From Solirubrobacterales bacterium (GTDB lineage: Bacteria > Actinomycetota > Thermoleophilia > Solirubrobacterales > 70-9): a stretch of DNA of 64,000 nt. Below, piece after piece: positions 35,306-44,142 of the stretch; the first letter of the stretch is position 1, and every line of letters begins with the position of its first letter. Made by a program: the position numbers and the translations under genes. The notes beneath the pieces are model-generated. The model saw nothing but the letters and a program-made list of their open reading frames with translations. It had not been told where the DNA came from and ran no database searches. The DNA lies in the NCBI GenBank assembly GCA_036377415.1, contig DASUYK010000039.1, forward strand, positions 119-64,118, given 5' to 3'.

Positions 35306-35311
35306 GCGCTC

Positions 35312-35317
35312 ACTCTA
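35312..35317 (-). promoter_or_regulatory. -10-like hexamer TAGAGT, 6 nt upstream of the RibD_C gene ATG
   Basis: Reverse strand reads TAGAGT-gagcgc-ATG. Confidence 0.45.
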
Positions 35318-35337
35318 GGCAGGAGGCGGGCAGACCC

Positions 35338-35724
35338 CTATCCGATCAGCGCCTCCGCCTCGATCTCGACCTTCCACCGCGGGTCGAGCAGGCCGGCGAC
35401 GACCACCATCGTCGACACGGGGCGGACGGCGCCGAGCACCGCGGCGTGGGCCCGCCCCACCGCTTCGGCATCTCCCGCGGCGGTGATGAACATTCTCGTA
35501 CGCACCACGTCCTCCGTACGGGCGCCCGCCTCCGCGAGCGCCTCGAGGATGATCTCGAGGCACCTGCGCGCCTGCTTCTCGGGATCCGGATCACATGAGC
35601 CGTCGGGCAGGACCGGGGCCGTCCCCGACACGAGCACTCGATCTCCGACGCGGAGGGCGCGGCAGAATCCGACCGTCGGCTCCCAGGAGGAGCCTGAGCT
35701 GACCCGGTGACGCTCCGGGCTCAC
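35338..35724 (-). CDS. RidA/YjgF family protein
   Basis: 128 aa. Motifs VGDRVLVSGT, RTRMFI, EIEAEA. Confidence 0.8.
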   Translation of the reverse strand: MSPERHRVSSGSSWEPTVGFCRALRVGDRVLVSGTAPVLPDGSCDPDPEKQARRCLEIILEALAEAGARTEDVVRTRMFITAAGDAEAVGRAHAAVLGAVRPVSTMVVVAGLLDPRWKVEIEAEALIG

Positions 35725-35739
35725 GCCTATCGAGTCGCT

Positions 35740-36066
35740 CTACGCGAGGACCGGCTCCAGCTCCTGCTCGAGCCGCGCCTTCGGCCTCGCGCCGACCAAG
35801 CGGGTCGCCACCTCGCCCCCTTTGAAGACGATCAACGTCGGGATCGAGAGAACCTCGTACTTCGCGGCGGTCTGCGGGTTCTCGTCCGTGTTCAGACTGA
35901 CGATCGTGAGGTCATCGCGCTCGGAATCGATCTCCTCCAGGACGGGGTGGACGACGCGGCAGGGACCGCACCAGGGAGCCCAGAAGTCGACGAGCACCGG
36001 CCTGTCGGCCTCGAGGACGTCGGACTGGAAGGTGGCGTCGGTTACCTCGTTGAGCTTGCCCGGCAC
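35740..36066 (-). CDS. trxA: Thioredoxin
   Basis: 108 aa. Motif WAPWCGPCR. AGGAGAGG Shine-Dalgarno sequence upstream of the GTG. Confidence 0.95.
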   Translation of the reverse strand: MPGKLNEVTDATFQSDVLEADRPVLVDFWAPWCGPCRVVHPVLEEIDSERDDLTIVSLNTDENPQTAAKYEVLSIPTLIVFKGGEVATRLVGARPKARLEQELEPVLA

Positions 36067-36128
36067 TATCGATCCTCTCCTGTCGTGGTTGAAGATCTGA
36101 ACCGTGTCTCGGTTCGGACTCTAGGGTT

Positions 36129-36134
36129 ACTATA
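36129..36134 (-). promoter_or_regulatory. Candidate trxA promoter -10 (TATAGT) in an AT-rich patch
   Basis: Reverse strand reads cttgcttcactttgTATAGTaaccc, about 60 nt upstream of the trxA start. The predicted leader contains the hairpin GAACCGagacaCGGTTC. Confidence 0.35.
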
Positions 36135-36201
36135 CAAAGTGAAGCAAGTCCCTCCGCCGGCTCGGCGAGGAGGGGCCAAGCATAGTCCCGGGTTGCCCGC
36201 C

Positions 36202-36918
36202 TCACCACCGCCTGAATCGCATCGCCGGCACCCGCCAGATCGCCTCGGCGACGATCGCCTTGCTCATCTTCGAGCTTCCCTCGCGGCGATCTCGGAAGAC
36301 GATCGGGACCTCGACGACGCGGAAACCCAACTCGAGCGCCCGGTAGGTCGTCTCGACCTGAAACGCGTAGCCCCGTGCCTCGATCGAGCCGAGATCGATC
36401 GCCTCGAGGACCTCCCGCCGGAAGCACTTGAAGCCGCCGGTGAGGTCGCGGACGGGCAGCCGGAGAGCGATCCGAGCGTACGCGCTGCCCCCCCGGCTGA
36501 TGAAACGCCGCACCGGACCCCAGTCGGTCACGCCGCCTCCCTCGACATAGCGGGAGCCGATCGCCAAATCGGCGTTCTCGGTCGCAGCGATCAGCCCGGG
36601 GAGATAGGCGGGATCGTGGGAGAAGTCCGCGTCCATCTCGATTATTCGCTCCGCGCCTGCATCGAGCGCAATCCGGAACCCTGCCAGGTAGGCGGGGCCG
36701 AGTCCCTCCTTCCGCTCGCGGTGGAGCACCCTGATCCGCTCGTTCGCCGCCGCGAGCCGGTCGGCGATCTCGCCGGTGCCGTCGGGGGAGTTGTCGTCGA
36801 CGACCAGGACGCTGCCGGTCGCAGGCAGTTGTTCCAGCACCGCGTCGGCGATCCGCTCGAGGTTCTCGGCCTCGTCGTAGGTGGGGAGGATCACCCAGGC
36901 TGCGGGGGTCTCGGGCAT
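36202..36918 (-). CDS. ppm1: Polyprenol monophosphomannose synthase (GT2, dolichol-phosphate mannosyltransferase-like)
   Basis: 238 aa. Motifs ILPTYDEAENL, VVDDNSPDGT, DADFSHDP. Confidence 0.9.
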   Translation of the reverse strand: MPETPAAWVILPTYDEAENLERIADAVLEQLPATGSVLVVDDNSPDGTGEIADRLAAANERIRVLHRERKEGLGPAYLAGFRIALDAGAERIIEMDADFSHDPAYLPGLIAATENADLAIGSRYVEGGGVTDWGPVRRFISRGGSAYARIALRLPVRDLTGGFKCFRREVLEAIDLGSIEARGYAFQVETTYRALELGFRVVEVPIVFRDRREGSSKMSKAIVAEAIWRVPAMRFRRW

Positions 36919-36924
36919 CCCGCG

Positions 36925-36930
36925 ACGATA
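36925..36930 (-). promoter_or_regulatory. -10-like hexamer TATCGT, 6 nt upstream of the ppm1 ATG
   Basis: Reverse strand reads TATCGT-cgcggg-ATG. Confidence 0.4.
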
Positions 36931-36973
36931 TCCGCGTGCTGGGGCGGGCGGATGCTCCGGTCAAGCCGCAGGC

Positions 36974-36979
36974 TAGCTT
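36974..36979 (+). promoter_or_regulatory. -10-like hexamer TAGCTT, 6 nt upstream of the polX ATG
   Basis: Sequence reads TAGCTT-tgggga-ATG. Confidence 0.45.
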
Positions 36980-36985
36980 TGGGGA

Positions 36986-38722
36986 ATGCGCAACGCCGAG
37001 ATTGCAGCGGCTCTCCGGGAGCTCGGGATCCTCTACGAGCTCGACGGGGCGGACCGCTACCGGGTGCTCGCCTACAAGGAGGCTGCCCGGACGGTGGCCC
37101 AGAGCCCGATCTCGGTCGAGCAGCTCGCCGAGGAAGGGCGACTGACCGAGCTGCCGGCGATCGGGAAGACCCTGGCGGAGAAGATCGAGACGCTGATCGA
37201 GACGGGGAGCATCCCCTCCGCCGACAAGCTGAAGGCGAAGTTCCCGGCGACGCTCGTAGAGGTGACCCGGGTCCCCGGGCTCGGAGCGAAGACCGCGCGG
37301 CGGATCTACGACGAGGTCGGCGTCGAGAACCTGATGCAGCTCAAGGAGGCCGCCGAGCAGGGGCGGCTCGCCGGGATCCGGGGCCTCGGCGCGAGGACCG
37401 AGGAGAACATCCTCTCCTCGCTCGAGGGAGTGACCGAGGACGGAATTGGCGAGCGGCTCCTGCTCTCCCACGTCCTCCCGATCGGCGATGAGATCTGCAG
37501 CGACCTGAAAGAACTTGGTGTCGCGAACCGGGTCGAGCTGGCGGGCTCCGCGCGGCGCTGGGCGGAGACCTGCAAGGACCTCGACCTGATCGCGACGACC
37601 GACGACCCGGCCGCTCTCGCGGAGGCGCTTGCCACCCACGGCCTCTCGGCGGAGACCCGCCGCGGCGGGGACGCGGCCGCCAGCGTCCTCACCCACTCGG
37701 GGCTGCAAGTCGACCTGCGCATCGGCACCGAGGAGACGTTCGGCAACCTGGTCCAGCACTTCACCGGCTCGGCGGCCCACAACGTCCAGCTCCGGGAGCG
37801 GGCGCTGGCGCGCGGTCTCTCGGTCAGCGAGAACGGCGTTGCCAAGGTGGAAGGCAGGAAGGTCCACAAGTTCGCCGACGAGTCCGGCGTCTACGAGCTG
37901 CTCGGGCTTCCCTACATCGAGCCGGAGCTGCGGGAGGGCAGGGGCGAGATCGAGGCTGGGGAGACCGGGGAGCTGCCCGATCTGGTGACGGTCGAAGACA
38001 TCCGAGGCGACCTCCACTGTCACACCACGCTCTCCGATGGCCGGAATTCGCTGGAGGAGATGGCCGAGGCGGCGCAGCGGCGCGGCTATGCCTACCTCGC
38101 GGTAACCGACCACTCGGCATCGCACGGGTTCGGCAACGACGTCAGCGCGAGTCAGCTCGCGCGGCGAATCGAGGAGATTCGGGTTTGGAACGAGTCCGGG
38201 CCCCGGGGCTTCCGCCTGCTCGCCGGTTCGGAGGTCAACATCGGCACTGATGGCTCCCTCGACTATCCGGACGAGCTCCTCGCGGAGCTCGACTGGGTGG
38301 TGGCGAGCGTCCACACTTCCTTCGCGATCTCCGAGAAGGCGATGACCGAGCGCGTGATCGCCGCGATGGAGCACCCGCTCGTCGACTGCATCGGCCATCT
38401 CACCGGGCGGCTGCTGCTGCGCCGCGAGCCCTACGGCATCGACATCGAGCGGATCGCCGAGGCTGCGGCCCGGACCGGGACGATGCTGGAGATCAACGGC
38501 AACCCGAACCGGCGCGACCTGAACGAGGGCCATGCCAAGCTCGCCGCGGAGGCAGCGGTGCGGATCGTCTGCAACACCGATGCCCACGGCAGCGACACGC
38601 TGGAGAACATGAAGTACTCGGTGGCGACCGCGCGGCGCGCCTGGCTGAGCGCGGATCAGGTCGCGAACACCCGCGCGTGGCGGAGCTTCGCGCCGCTCCG
38701 CAAGCGAGTGAGGAGGAACTAG
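36986..38722 (+). CDS. polX: Family X DNA polymerase with C-terminal PHP 3'-5' exonuclease/phosphoesterase domain
   Basis: 578 aa. Pol-beta-like N-terminus (YRVLAYKEAA, HhH GIGKTLAEKI / GLGAKTARRI) and PHP motifs (GDLHCHTTLSDG, TDHS). Confidence 0.93.
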   Translation: MRNAEIAAALRELGILYELDGADRYRVLAYKEAARTVAQSPISVEQLAEEGRLTELPAIGKTLAEKIETLIETGSIPSADKLKAKFPATLVEVTRVPGLGAKTARRIYDEVGVENLMQLKEAAEQGRLAGIRGLGARTEENILSSLEGVTEDGIGERLLLSHVLPIGDEICSDLKELGVANRVELAGSARRWAETCKDLDLIATTDDPAALAEALATHGLSAETRRGGDAAASVLTHSGLQVDLRIGTEETFGNLVQHFTGSAAHNVQLRERALARGLSVSENGVAKVEGRKVHKFADESGVYELLGLPYIEPELREGRGEIEAGETGELPDLVTVEDIRGDLHCHTTLSDGRNSLEEMAEAAQRRGYAYLAVTDHSASHGFGNDVSASQLARRIEEIRVWNESGPRGFRLLAGSEVNIGTDGSLDYPDELLAELDWVVASVHTSFAISEKAMTERVIAAMEHPLVDCIGHLTGRLLLRREPYGIDIERIAEAAARTGTMLEINGNPNRRDLNEGHAKLAAEAAVRIVCNTDAHGSDTLENMKYSVATARRAWLSADQVANTRAWRSFAPLRKRVRRN

Positions 38723-39343
38723 TTAGACGATCGCCTTCGGCAGCTTGCCGCTGCCCGGTGCGCGAAGGCCGTCGAGGATGATCTCGACCAGTCTCGGCCA
38801 GCGGCCAGTGCCGGGGCCGTCCTCAACCTGCGTGATCCGGCCAACCCCGCAGGCGATCATCGGAACGTCCTCCCACTCGACATCCCCGCGCAGCTCGCCC
38901 GACCGCTGTGCCCGCTTGACCAGCTTGTCGCAGAGCTCAGGGAGCCCGGCGGCCTCCGCCGCGGCGCCCATCACGTCCGGGCGGGAGCCCATCACCTCGC
39001 AGAGGCCGCGGTCCTCCGCCTGGATCTCGGCGGAGAATTGGATGAACTCGCTGAACCCGGCCCAGGCGTCCTCGGCCTCGAGGGACTCTCGCCCCTTCTC
39101 CGCGAGCCGCTCGAAACGCTCCTCGGCGAGGGCTGCGATCAGGTCCTCCTTGGCCGGGAAGTGACGGTAGACCGTCCCGACGCCCACCTTCGCGGCCTTG
39201 GCGACGTCGGGCATCTGCGCGTCGAGGCCCTGGTCGGCGAACAGCTTCTTGGCCGCCGCGATCACCGCTTCGCGGTTGCGGCGAGCGTCGGCCCGGAGCA
39301 AGGGGCCCGCTGCCGGTGGGTCGAGTTCTGTGACGTTGCTCAT
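38723..39343 (-). CDS. TetR/AcrR family transcriptional regulator
   Basis: HTH PDVAKAAKVGVGTVYRHFPAKEDL. Trimmed to ATG 39343 (MSNVTELD). The ORF track starts at 39376. Confidence 0.88.
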   Translation of the reverse strand: MSNVTELDPPAAGPLLRADARRNREAVIAAAKKLFADQGLDAQMPDVAKAAKVGVGTVYRHFPAKEDLIAALAEERFERLAEKGRESLEAEDAWAGFSEFIQFSAEIQAEDRGLCEVMGSRPDVMGAAAEAAGLPELCDKLVKRAQRSGELRGDVEWEDVPMIACGVGRITQVEDGPGTGRWPRLVEIILDGLRAPGSGKLPKAIV

Positions 39344-39376
39344 TCTTCGCCCTTTGTCGCCTGGGGGATCCTGCAA

Positions 39377-39394
39377 ACGGAATCGAAATTCCGT
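39377..39394. promoter_or_regulatory. Candidate TetR operator 1: perfect 7-4-7 palindrome ACGGAATcgaaATTCCGT
   Basis: Lies in the AT-rich divergent tetR/MFS intergenic region and abuts TATAG on the tetR side. Confidence 0.55.
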
Positions 39395-39411
39395 ATAGTT
39401 TCAACCGAAAC

Positions 39412-39427
39412 CGGAATTCATGTTCCG
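39412..39427. promoter_or_regulatory. Candidate TetR operator 2: CGGAAttcatgTTCCG (same CGGAA half-site)
   Basis: 5-bp arms with a 6-nt spacer, 17 nt downstream of operator 1. Confidence 0.4.
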
Positions 39428-39532
39428 ATTGTTAAGAAGCATAGCTCACCTGTCCATCCGAACGCCACTCGTTCGTCGTTAGGGCAGGAGGCGGCAACGG
39501 GGCCGCCGCGACAGAGGGAAAAGGAGCCAGAG

Positions 39533-40993
39533 ATGACAACGCAACGGGACTACACGGAACGACGGTGGCTCGCACTGGCGCTGCTCTGCATGGCACAGTT
39601 CGTGGTCGTTCTCGACGCCTCGATCGTCAACGTCGCGCTCCCCTCGATCGGCGAGGGGCTCGCGTTCTCGGAGGAGAGCCTTCCCTGGGTGGTGAATGCC
39701 TACGTGCTCACCTTCGGCGGGTTCCTCCTGCTCGGCGGCCGGATGGCGGATCTAATCGGACGCCGCCGCGTCTTCATGGCGGGCCTGGCGCTGGTTGCGG
39801 TCGCCTCGCTGTTCGCCGGCTTCGCCGAGAACCAGGGGCAGCTGATCGCGGCGAGGGCCGCTCAGGGCCTCGGCGCGGCGATCATCTCGCCCTCGGCTCT
39901 CTCGATCGTCACGACCCTCTTCAAGGACGGTGCCGAGCGGAACAAGGCGCTCGGTGCGTGGGGAGCGGTCGCGGGTTCCGGCGGCGCGGTCGGGGTTCTG
40001 CTCGGCGGCGTTCTCACCGATGGCCTCGGCTGGGAGTGGGTCCTGTGGGTGAACGTGCCGGTCGCCTTGATCGCGCTCGCCCTCACCCCCGGGCTGATTC
40101 CGGAGAGCCGCTCGGAGTCGGCGACCCGGCACTTCGATGCGGCCGGCGCGGTCACCGTCACCGCGGGTCTCTCGGTCCTGGTCTACGCACTGCTCGACGC
40201 GAGCAGCGCGGGCTGGGGATCGACCCAGACCATCGGTCTGCTCACCGTGGCCACCGCTCTGATCGCGTCGTTCGTGGTGATCGAGAAGCGCTCGAAGGCG
40301 CCACTCGTCCCGTTCCGGATCTTCCGGATCCGGACGCTGACGGGAGCCAACGTGGTCGGGCTCCTGCTCGGAGCGGGATTGCTCTCGATGTTCTTCTTCA
40401 TCACCCTCTACATGCAGCAGGTGCTCGGCTTCAGCGCGATCGAGGCCGGACTCGCCTACCTGCCCCTGTCCATCGCGATCATCGCCTCGGCGGCGATCGG
40501 CGGGCAGCTGGTCACCCGCATCGGCTTCAAGCCGATCCTGGCCACGGGGATGCTGTCCATGGCCCTGGGCCTCGCGTGGTTCAGCCAGGTCGAGGCCGAT
40601 GGCAGCTTCATCTCCGACATCCTCGGACCGTCGCTGCTGGCCGCGGTCGGCCTCGGGTTCGGGTTCGTCACCTCGACGATCGCCGCCACCACCGGCGTCG
40701 ATGGCCGGGAGCAGGGGCTTGCGAGCGGGCTGATCAACACCTCGCAGCAGATCGGTGGGGCGCTCGGCCTCGCCGTTCTGTCGACGATCGCGACCTCGCG
40801 CGCCGATGACGCGCTCGCGAGCGGCGGCGCGAGCCTCCCGGATGCCCTCACCGAGGGGTTCCAGGCCGCTTTCCTGGGCGGCGCCGTGATCGGGCTCCTG
40901 GGCTTCGTCGCGACCCTGATCCTGATCCGGAACCGCGACAGCCGGGACCACGTCGAGATGTCGAGGGCCGAGGCGGAGGCGGCCCCCGCCTGA
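39533..40993 (+). CDS. MFS transporter, DHA2 (EmrB/QacA, 14-TM) drug:H+ antiporter family
   Basis: Trimmed to ATG 39533 (AAGGAG 7 nt upstream). Motifs LDASIVNVALP and motif A GGRMADLIGRRRVF. Confidence 0.9.
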   Translation: MTTQRDYTERRWLALALLCMAQFVVVLDASIVNVALPSIGEGLAFSEESLPWVVNAYVLTFGGFLLLGGRMADLIGRRRVFMAGLALVAVASLFAGFAENQGQLIAARAAQGLGAAIISPSALSIVTTLFKDGAERNKALGAWGAVAGSGGAVGVLLGGVLTDGLGWEWVLWVNVPVALIALALTPGLIPESRSESATRHFDAAGAVTVTAGLSVLVYALLDASSAGWGSTQTIGLLTVATALIASFVVIEKRSKAPLVPFRIFRIRTLTGANVVGLLLGAGLLSMFFFITLYMQQVLGFSAIEAGLAYLPLSIAIIASAAIGGQLVTRIGFKPILATGMLSMALGLAWFSQVEADGSFISDILGPSLLAAVGLGFGFVTSTIAATTGVDGREQGLASGLINTSQQIGGALGLAVLSTIATSRADDALASGGASLPDALTEGFQAAFLGGAVIGLLGFVATLILIRNRDSRDHVEMSRAEAEAAPA

Positions 40994-41019
40994 GCGACTG
41001 CGACTGGTGGCATAGCGAT

Positions 41020-41565
41020 CTAAGCGGCGGATGGCGGCGGTGGCGGGTGCCCGGGCGGCGTGCGGTCGCGGCGCAGCCCGGGCGACCGCACCAGCCTGAC
41101 CGGCTGGAGGGCGGAGCCGGGCTCGACATAGAAGCGGACGCCGTCGCGCTCCTCGATCGCCGATACCGCTCCGTCGCGCCCGCGCCAGTCGAGGGCGGCG
41201 CCCAGGGCGAATCCCGTTCCGATCGCGGCCACCCCCGGGAAGACGAATCCGAGACCGCCGGCCACGAGGGCGAAGACCCCGACCGGCCAGAGGCGGGCGA
41301 GAGCGGCCAGGGCGGGATTCTCGAGCGAGGGGAGGGCCGCGGCGGTTCGGGCCTCGGCCAGCAGCGGCTGCATCGCCGAGCGGGCCCGCTCGGGCCGGCC
41401 CAGGATCATCCCGCCGACCGCGGCGATGATCCACCAGGCGCCGGCGACGAGGAGCGTCAGATCGTCGTCCGCGCCGGTCGCGGCGATCACCGTCACGGCT
41501 GCGAGCACGGTGGCGGCGCCCCCGGCGAGCAGCACCGTCGTCCGCAGCAGGTCGCAGAAGGCCAT
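41020..41565 (-). CDS. Hypothetical membrane protein
   Basis: 181 aa, 4 TM-like segments, Pro-rich tail, GC3 consistent. No family recognised. Confidence 0.6.
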   Translation of the reverse strand: MAFCDLLRTTVLLAGGAATVLAAVTVIAATGADDDLTLLVAGAWWIIAAVGGMILGRPERARSAMQPLLAEARTAAALPSLENPALAALARLWPVGVFALVAGGLGFVFPGVAAIGTGFALGAALDWRGRDGAVSAIEERDGVRFYVEPGSALQPVRLVRSPGLRRDRTPPGHPPPPPSAA

Positions 41566-41574
41566 CGAGGTGGC

Positions 41575-42402
41575 CTAGTCCACCGCGAGCGCCTCGAGGA
41601 CGGCGACGAAGCCGTCGGGCCCGGCGACCGCGACGTCGGCCTCGCGGGCGACCTCCGGCGGCGACTCCTCCGAGGTCACCCCGACGCAGACCGCGGTTGA
41701 CAGCTTTCCGTCAGCCTTGAGCGTCCGCAGCGCCGTGAACGCGTCGACGTCCGTCCGGTCGTCGCCTGCGTAGAGGGCCGCGTCGACCGGTCGGACCGGA
41801 ACGAGCGCGGCGACCGCGATTCCCTTGTTGATCGGGACGTTGGGACGGACCTCGAGCACCTTGCGTCCGTGGTGGGTGACCAGCCCCTGTGACTCGGCCT
41901 CGCTCGCGATCTCGCGGGCGAACGACTCCGCCGCGCCCTCATCGGGGGCGCCGCGCCAGTGGAGGGCGACGATCGCTCCCTTGTCCTCGGTTCGGATCCC
42001 GACCCGCTCCAGCTCGCCGCGGTCGAGCCCCTCGACGAACCGGGGGGCGTCGCCCCCATGCCGGTCGAGCGACGGATCCGGCCGCGCCTCCTCCTCACCG
42101 GGGAGGAGAAGCTCGTAGCCGTGGTTCCCGGAGTACGCGACCCCGTCGACGCCGACCACCCGCCTTGCGTCGAGTGCGCGCCGCCCGCTCAGGCAGCCGA
42201 CCAGTCCGTAGCGCTCCGAGAGCGCTCGGAGCAGGCCGCGGGTTCGCTCCGGGACCGCTGCCTTCTTCGGGTCGAGCACGATCGGTGCGATCGTCCCGTC
42301 GACATCGGTGAGGATCGCCGACCGGCCGGGCTCCTCGCGCAACGGCGCGAGCAGCTCCCCGAGGTCGCGCGAGGGCTTCTCCTCCTGGGCCGGGCCGTTC
42401 AT
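41575..42402 (-). CDS. otsB: Trehalose-phosphatase
   Basis: 275 aa. HAD motif I ILTDVDGTIAPI, plus GNHG and YAGDDRTDVDAF. Confidence 0.88.
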   Translation of the reverse strand: MNGPAQEEKPSRDLGELLAPLREEPGRSAILTDVDGTIAPIVLDPKKAAVPERTRGLLRALSERYGLVGCLSGRRALDARRVVGVDGVAYSGNHGYELLLPGEEEARPDPSLDRHGGDAPRFVEGLDRGELERVGIRTEDKGAIVALHWRGAPDEGAAESFAREIASEAESQGLVTHHGRKVLEVRPNVPINKGIAVAALVPVRPVDAALYAGDDRTDVDAFTALRTLKADGKLSTAVCVGVTSEESPPEVAREADVAVAGPDGFVAVLEALAVD

Positions 42403-42409
42403 CGCGCAC

Positions 42410-42415
42410 TAGTAT
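42410..42415 (+). promoter_or_regulatory. -10-like hexamer TAGTAT, 8 nt upstream of ATG 42424; the reverse strand gives ATACTA 7 nt upstream of the otsB ATG
   Basis: The cACTAGTATc core is shared by the divergent starts 42402 (-) and 42424 (+), which are only 21 nt apart. Confidence 0.4.
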
Positions 42416-42423
42416 CGCCCGCC

Positions 42424-42780
42424 ATGCCACGGACCCTGAAGCTCGCGGTGGTCGGGACTGCCGCGGGCGCGTTCAGCGGCCTCCTCGGGGTGGGTGGAGG
42501 GAGCGTGATCGTGCCGCTGCTGATCATCTGGCTGGGTTACGGCGAGCGCGAGGCGACCGGGACGAGCATGATGGCGATCGTCGTGATCGCGGCCCTCGCC
42601 GTCTCGCTCCAGGCGGGCTACGGGAACGTCAATCCGGGGAATGCGGCCCTGGTGGGGATCCCCGCGGTCGTCGGCGTGGTCGCGGGGACGGCCATCCAGC
42701 AGCGCGTGCCCGAGCGAGCAATCTCGTTGGTGTTCGCCGCCCTCCTGGCCGTGATCGCGATCGAGCTGATCGTGTCATGA
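42424..42780 (+). CDS. TSUP (TauE/SafE) half-size protein, N-terminal-type 4-TM unit
   Basis: 118 aa from ATG 42424 (tail of ORF 41959..42780). Motif FSGLLGVGGGSVIVPLL. Confidence 0.75.
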   Translation: MPRTLKLAVVGTAAGAFSGLLGVGGGSVIVPLLIIWLGYGEREATGTSMMAIVVIAALAVSLQAGYGNVNPGNAALVGIPAVVGVVAGTAIQQRVPERAISLVFAALLAVIAIELIVS

Positions 42781-43160
42781 GCGAGATCGCCGCGGCGATC
42801 CTCGGCTTTGCCGGCGGCCTGCTCGGCGGCCTGCTCGGTGTGGGCGGAGGGATCGTCTTCGTCCCCGCGCTCACGCTCTTCCTCGACGAGACCCAGGTGG
42901 AGGCCGAGGCGGCCTCGCTGCTCGCGATCCTCCCCGTCGCGATCGTCGCCGTCTGGAGGCAGCGGCGCTACGGGAACGTCCGGATCCGCGAGGGTCTCAT
43001 GATCGGGGCGCTGTCTCCGGCGGGGGTGGCGGTCGGAGTGGTCGTCGCGAACGAGGTCTCCCAGCGGGCGCTCGAGCTGATCTTCGCCGGGCTCGCGCTC
43101 CTGATCGCCGCTCAGCTGGCGCATCGGGGGCTGCGCGCGGCGGATCGGTCCCCCGGCTAA
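42777..43160 (+). CDS. TSUP (TauE/SafE) half-size protein, second 4-TM unit
   Basis: 127 aa. Motif LLGGLLGVGGGIVFVPAL. The ATG overlaps the previous stop (ATGA). Confidence 0.75.
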   Translation: MSEIAAAILGFAGGLLGGLLGVGGGIVFVPALTLFLDETQVEAEAASLLAILPVAIVAVWRQRRYGNVRIREGLMIGALSPAGVAVGVVVANEVSQRALELIFAGLALLIAAQLAHRGLRAADRSPG

Positions 43161-43176
43161 GCCGGCCGGTGGGGCG

Positions 43177-44061
43177 CTACAGGCCGTGCTCGAGCGCGCC
43201 CTTGACGCCGGCGTCGAGGGCGTTCAGCCGATGGAGGGCAAGCGCCTCGGGGGTGCCGAAGCCCCGTCCGCCGGCCTGGCGGCCGCCGTCGGTGCCGTGG
43301 TGGGAGAGGATGCAGTGAAGGAGGGCGGCGCGCCGCACGGACGGCAGCTCGCCGGCAGCGGCGCCGACGATCTCCGCCCCGAGGGCGAGGTGTCCGAGCA
43401 ACCGCCCCTCCTCGGTGATCCCGAACTCGGCGCCGTAGCTGAACTCGCGCACCTTCCCGACGTCGTGTAGGAGCGCGGCGGCCATCAGCAGGTCCGAGTC
43501 GAGGCGGGGATGTAGCTGGCAGGTCTCGCCGACGAGCGTCCCAACCGCGACCGTGTGCTCCAGGAGGCCGCCGACGTAGGCGTGGTGCCCCGCGCGCGTG
43601 CAGGGTGCCCGGCGGAAGCCGGACGCGACCGGCTCGCCGAACAGGACCCGTTCGACCACCGCCCGCAGGGGCACATCGTGCACCTCCCGGGTCAGGTGCT
43701 CGAGGAAGCCCTCGAGCTCCTCGGAGTCCCGATAGGCGGTTGGGAGGAACCCCGTTGGATCGAGCTCGTCCTCCGAGACCGCCTGGATGTCCTCGACCTC
43801 GGCCACGAGCTCGCCGCGGAACCGTTCCACCCGGCCCGAGACGCGGATCGCCTCCCCGCGCTCGAACCGAGCCGCGAGGCGGTCGACGTCCCGGAAGGCG
43901 CGCGCCGTGATCGAGCCGGTTCGATCCCGGAGCTCCAGCGACAGATAGATCGACCCGTTCCGCGCCGAGAGGCGATCCTTCCGCACGCACGCGTAGATCC
44001 CGCTGAACCGCCGCCCGGGCGCCAGTTCGGCGATCGTTGGAGCTGTCGTCGCGGTCTCCAT
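43177..44061 (-). CDS. yhaM: 3'-5' exoribonuclease YhaM-like (OB-fold + HD domain)
   Basis: C-terminal 294 aa of ORF 43177..45099 from ATG 44061. OB segment (YLSLELRDRTGSITARAF) and HD motifs HHAYVGGLLEH and LLHDVGK. Confidence 0.85.
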   Translation of the reverse strand: METATTAPTIAELAPGRRFSGIYACVRKDRLSARNGSIYLSLELRDRTGSITARAFRDVDRLAARFERGEAIRVSGRVERFRGELVAEVEDIQAVSEDELDPTGFLPTAYRDSEELEGFLEHLTREVHDVPLRAVVERVLFGEPVASGFRRAPCTRAGHHAYVGGLLEHTVAVGTLVGETCQLHPRLDSDLLMAAALLHDVGKVREFSYGAEFGITEEGRLLGHLALGAEIVGAAAGELPSVRRAALLHCILSHHGTDGGRQAGGRGFGTPEALALHRLNALDAGVKGALEHGL

Positions 44062-44130
44062 GCCCTGATGTTCGCGGCATCGGCGGACGCCGCGAAACCC
44101 CCCCTGGCCACCCTTGTCGAGCCAAGGCGC

Positions 44131-44136
44131 TAGTCT
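44131..44136 (+). promoter_or_regulatory. -10-like hexamer TAGTCT, 6 nt upstream of the PAC2 gene ATG
   Basis: Sequence reads TAGTCT-cggctg-ATG. Confidence 0.45.
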
Positions 44137-44142
44137 CGGCTG

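Noticed and set aside
36101-36119. GAACCG-n-CGGTTC near trxA considered as a LexA box
   Set aside because: The spacing between GAAC and GTTC is about 9-10 nt rather than 4. It more likely forms a hairpin in the trxA 5' leader.
35912-38587. 891-aa minus-strand ORF spanning the trxA/ppm1/polX region
   Set aside because: It runs antisense to polX and out of frame through ppm1 and an intergenic promoter region. The composition is typical of non-coding frames.
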